Assembly: GCA_037308085.1 (NCBI GenBank)
Contig: CP147779.1
Coordinates: 1,024,001-1,088,000 of the forward strand
Direction: 5' to 3'
DNA length: 64,000 bases
Source: Promethearchaeati archaeon SRVP18_Atabeyarchaeia-1
GTDB taxonomy: Archaea > Asgardarchaeota > Atabeyarchaeia > Atabeyarchaeales > Atabeyarchaeaceae
The notes beneath the pieces were generated by a model. The model did no database searches. It saw only the letters and a list, made by a program, of their open reading frames with translations, and was not told where the DNA came from. Below, piece by piece: positions 61,198 to 64,000 of the stretch; position 1 is the first letter of the stretch, and the number at the start of each line of letters is the position of its first letter. The translations under genes and the position numbers were made by a program.

Positions 61198-61375
61198 CCT
61201 GCTGTGGCTACCGTTGATCGAGTGTGGAACCGCATCCCACTTCACGCCGATGAACTGGAGTTCCAAGTTGCCCTATCTTTTTAAGGGTGATTTGCATAAA
61301 TCTATTAGGGATCTGGATAATCGCGAGACGCCTTCATAAAACTGGAGCAAGTCCTTAGAGACCAAATTCTGAAAT

Positions 61376-62206
61376 ATGAGTGAGGGATGTAAGTTGAGTA
61401 TAAGGAAATCGAAAGAAGAAACTATTCTAGGTTCCACATGGTACCTCGTGCCCTTGTTGCTAGCTGCATACGTGTTCACTATTTATCTGATTCAGCCTTT
61501 AGCTGCGGAGAATATGGGCTCCTACGTCGTAAGTCTGACCAATGTTGCATTTACGGCTCTCGGCGCGGTGATGTTTCTAGTCGTTGCGAAGCGCTTCGGT
61601 TGGCTGCGTGTCAAACCTGGTCAGATTACGATCGCTATGTCACTGGGGCTCGTTTTCTGGACCTTGGCAGAGTTCACATTCATGGATTATGAGATAATTG
61701 GTGAGTCACCGTTTCCGTCGCTTGCTGATGTCTTCTATGTGGCAGGGTACCTGATGTTTCTGATTGCGCTGTTCATGAACATCCGAACCATCAAGATGAA
61801 ATTCAGCTCAGCGATGCTCGCAGTATGGGTCGCCCTGTCTGCTACAGCATTAGTGCTTATAGCATACTTCGCGGTCCTCCCAATAATCCAGGCGGGGATT
61901 GATGTAACCACTGCCGTTGCACTAATGTATCCTATCCTGGATCTCTTGATCGTCGTTCTTGTGTTGGTGATACTGCTAAAGTTCCGTTCTGGCGAGGTTG
62001 CGAAGCCTTGGGGGTTTCTGATACTTGGCTTCATTCTGCAGGCGGTTGGTGACACCTTCTTTGAATATGCCCAATACACCGGCACGTACACAATGGCCTA
62101 TCATCCGGCAGATATGATTCTGAGTTTGGGATACTCCATGATTCTCGCGGGTGCCGTCTTCTTCATACGGGCGTACAGGTTGCCTGGAGGAGGAAGCAGT
62201 GCTTAA
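61376..62206 (+). CDS. 7-8 TM sensor-like membrane protein
   Basis: PFPSLADVFY and YPILD motifs seen in membrane sensor domains. Confidence 0.65.
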   Translation: MSEGCKLSIRKSKEETILGSTWYLVPLLLAAYVFTIYLIQPLAAENMGSYVVSLTNVAFTALGAVMFLVVAKRFGWLRVKPGQITIAMSLGLVFWTLAEFTFMDYEIIGESPFPSLADVFYVAGYLMFLIALFMNIRTIKMKFSSAMLAVWVALSATALVLIAYFAVLPIIQAGIDVTTAVALMYPILDLLIVVLVLVILLKFRSGEVAKPWGFLILGFILQAVGDTFFEYAQYTGTYTMAYHPADMILSLGYSMILAGAVFFIRAYRLPGGGSSA

Positions 62207-62909
62207 GGGATTGCTAGTCATCCACGAAAGTGGAACCCCCATCTACACTTTTTCTCAGGAGAAGATAAGCGAGGATCGCCAACTACTGCTCTCAGGATTC
62301 CTGTCCGCGATCGAAACTTTCGCTAGTGAGACAAACATCTCGCCAGACGGCGGCTCGATTCACTCGATAAGACTCTCTCAGAGCCTTCTAACTTTTAGGC
62401 TGCTTTGCCTTGAAAATGAGAAGCAGGAGACTATCAAGTACTTCTTTGTGCTGATAACAGACATAAACAAGAACCCTAATAAGGCTGAGAACGAGGAGCT
62501 CCTCGAATACGTGATACTGAATTTCCTGAGCTACAAGAACTCCGCTTTTCGACAGAAGATGCGGCAGTTCGGCTATCAGAGAGAAGAGTTTGGGGAATTC
62601 GACGACTTCATGAACAAGATAATCGACTTGGACTGGAAGACAATAAAGAAAAAGATCAAGCCCGTACCGGGATCGCTACTTCAAGGAGTCCTCAATGAGG
62701 TAAGGGAATACATACCCTTGGACCAGATCCTGCAACTGAATCCCAAGATAGTTCGCTTAGGCACATCTTACGCTTGGCTCTCGGACGACCTTCCTGTGGA
62801 AGAGGAGAAAGCACTACTCGACAAAATAAGGGACAGGCTCTCACGGCTTTTTGGACCCAACATGTTCGACTCGATTGTTGCCAACGTCACCAAACAGTTG
62901 CAAGGATAA
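62199..62909 (+). CDS. Longin-like domain protein
   Basis: LLVIHESGTPIY..LLSGFLSAIETFASE; GGAGGAGG before GTG; overlaps the upstream stop. Confidence 0.7.
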   Translation: MLKGLLVIHESGTPIYTFSQEKISEDRQLLLSGFLSAIETFASETNISPDGGSIHSIRLSQSLLTFRLLCLENEKQETIKYFFVLITDINKNPNKAENEELLEYVILNFLSYKNSAFRQKMRQFGYQREEFGEFDDFMNKIIDLDWKTIKKKIKPVPGSLLQGVLNEVREYIPLDQILQLNPKIVRLGTSYAWLSDDLPVEEEKALLDKIRDRLSRLFGPNMFDSIVANVTKQLQG

Positions 62910-63033
62910 AGAAAAAGAGGCTAGGATCCTCGATTCAACGTTTTTTCATTAGGTAGGATCCAGCTTGGTGCTGAGCGGTTTCAGAGTCTTGCTTGCTTCC
63001 AGTTGGAAGCCGACGACTAGTATGCTCTAATGC

Positions 63034-63387
63034 CTAGACGATCGGCGGAAGAGTCTCGAATCCCAGCGCAAAGAGTATCAGTACTATCAGTTCGCACAGG
63101 AAGGATATCATTATGGACTTGTCCCAAGCGATATCTATGAGCACGTGGACGAGTAGTATTATCACGGTGTAGCCGATTATTGACCCCAGTCCACCAAGAC
63201 CGAACTGGCCGGGGATCGACTGAAGTGGCGGGATTATTAGCACGGCTATGATGGCAATGAGAAGGATCACGACTAGCTTCTTACTACTCTTTTGCGCTCC
63301 AGCAATTAGTCTAGTGCAGAGCCAAAGGACGACGAAGAGTACTAGTATCTCCACCAGAAGCACAATATACCATGGTAAAGCAGCCAT
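63034..63387 (-). CDS. Small 4-TM membrane protein
   Basis: Hydrophobic 117-aa ORF. Confidence 0.65.
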   Translation of the reverse strand: MAALPWYIVLLVEILVLFVVLWLCTRLIAGAQKSSKKLVVILLIAIIAVLIIPPLQSIPGQFGLGGLGSIIGYTVIILLVHVLIDIAWDKSIMISFLCELIVLILFALGFETLPPIV

Positions 63388-63553
63388 TCTCTATTCTCAC
63401 CATTGTCTTGACTAGTTTCTGATTTTAGACTACTGGCTGTTAATCATATGATAAGCTTTGTGCTTGAGAATCGTATCGGCAATGGATTGGCCTCATAGTC
63501 TACGCCTGCGTGAGTTGCGTATTGGATATTTCTTGGCCCAGTCGTTCGCATTC

Positions 63554-64000
63554 CTAGAAGGTTACAATGTCTGAGACTAGGGAGTTGACGTCTAGTATTT
63601 CCTTAGATAGGTCTGTGTCGATGTATGCCCTCTTCCAATCGGGTCTTCCATACCTCGCTGAGAAGACTGTCAAGACCTTATTGGAGACTGCTCTGAAGCC
63701 CGATCCGTCGAAGTATTCGTGCGCCCTGACTAGTATCTTTGCGCCTATGCCCTTTAGGAATAAGTCAACAACATCTTCCCCGAAGTACTTGATCGTAGTA
63801 ACCCCTAGGGGATCCCTTCCATAATTCTGATCGAATCCCTTTATCTCAGGTCGCGGGTCATTCCACAGAAGTTGCTGAAGTTCGCTTCCAGCTAAGTGCG
63901 CGATTTGCGTGAGAGTCGAAACCTTCTCAGGTATGCCACCATGGACAGCGAAAATCCCGTTCTCAGTTACGACAGCATGCGGTAACTTTTCGAAGAGCCT
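63554..64000 (-). CDS. PPP-family Ser/Thr protein phosphatase, 3' part (cut by window edge; not in the ORF track)
   Basis: Manual translation: FEKLP..FAVHGGI..LLWNDP..FG..VRAHE..LTVFSA. Confidence 0.9.
   Translation of the reverse strand, partial: RLFEKLPHAVVTENGIFAVHGGIPEKVSTLTQIAHLAGSELQQLLWNDPRPEIKGFDQNYGRDPLGVTTIKYFGEDVVDLFLKGIGAKILVRAHEYFDGSGFRAVSNKVLTVFSARYGRPDWKRAYIDTDLSKEILDVNSLVSDIVTF

Overview
Archaeal chromosomal segment of about 55 genes, with no rRNA, tRNA or CRISPR recognised. Archaeal-type enzymes (RtcB, PoK/PPS, GGR, Nre, Lhr, uS12) occur alongside a Rab-like GTPase, roadblock and longin-like proteins and a PPP phosphatase, which points to an Asgard archaeon (inferred from gene content only). 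Housekeeping content includes nadA and nadB, rtcB, an intein-containing class III ribonucleotide reductase with an NrdH-like redoxin, a CoA/pantothenate operon, an amino-sugar cluster, ABC and ArsB-type transporters, two Nre paralogues and inositol-1-phosphate synthase. Best leads: (1) the pantothenate operon lacks panB, and a hexulose-6-phosphate synthase/RraA-aldolase fusion sits among its genes, suggesting a folate-independent, formaldehyde-channelling route to ketopantoate; (2) a 2345-aa Lhr helicase carries four tandem AlkZ-like modules, three starting exactly 400 aa apart; (3) two paralogous free-standing LAGLIDADG genes with variable N-termini lie tail-to-tail with rtcB and with an orphan uS12 that has an altered decoding loop and an abrupt codon-usage switch; (4) an LpxC-like zinc deacetylase lies in frame behind a probably inactive M20 protein; (5) an unannotated 44-aa, almost pure Asp/Glu peptide lies divergent from a very basic protein. 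All family calls come from motif recognition by eye; no searches were run.
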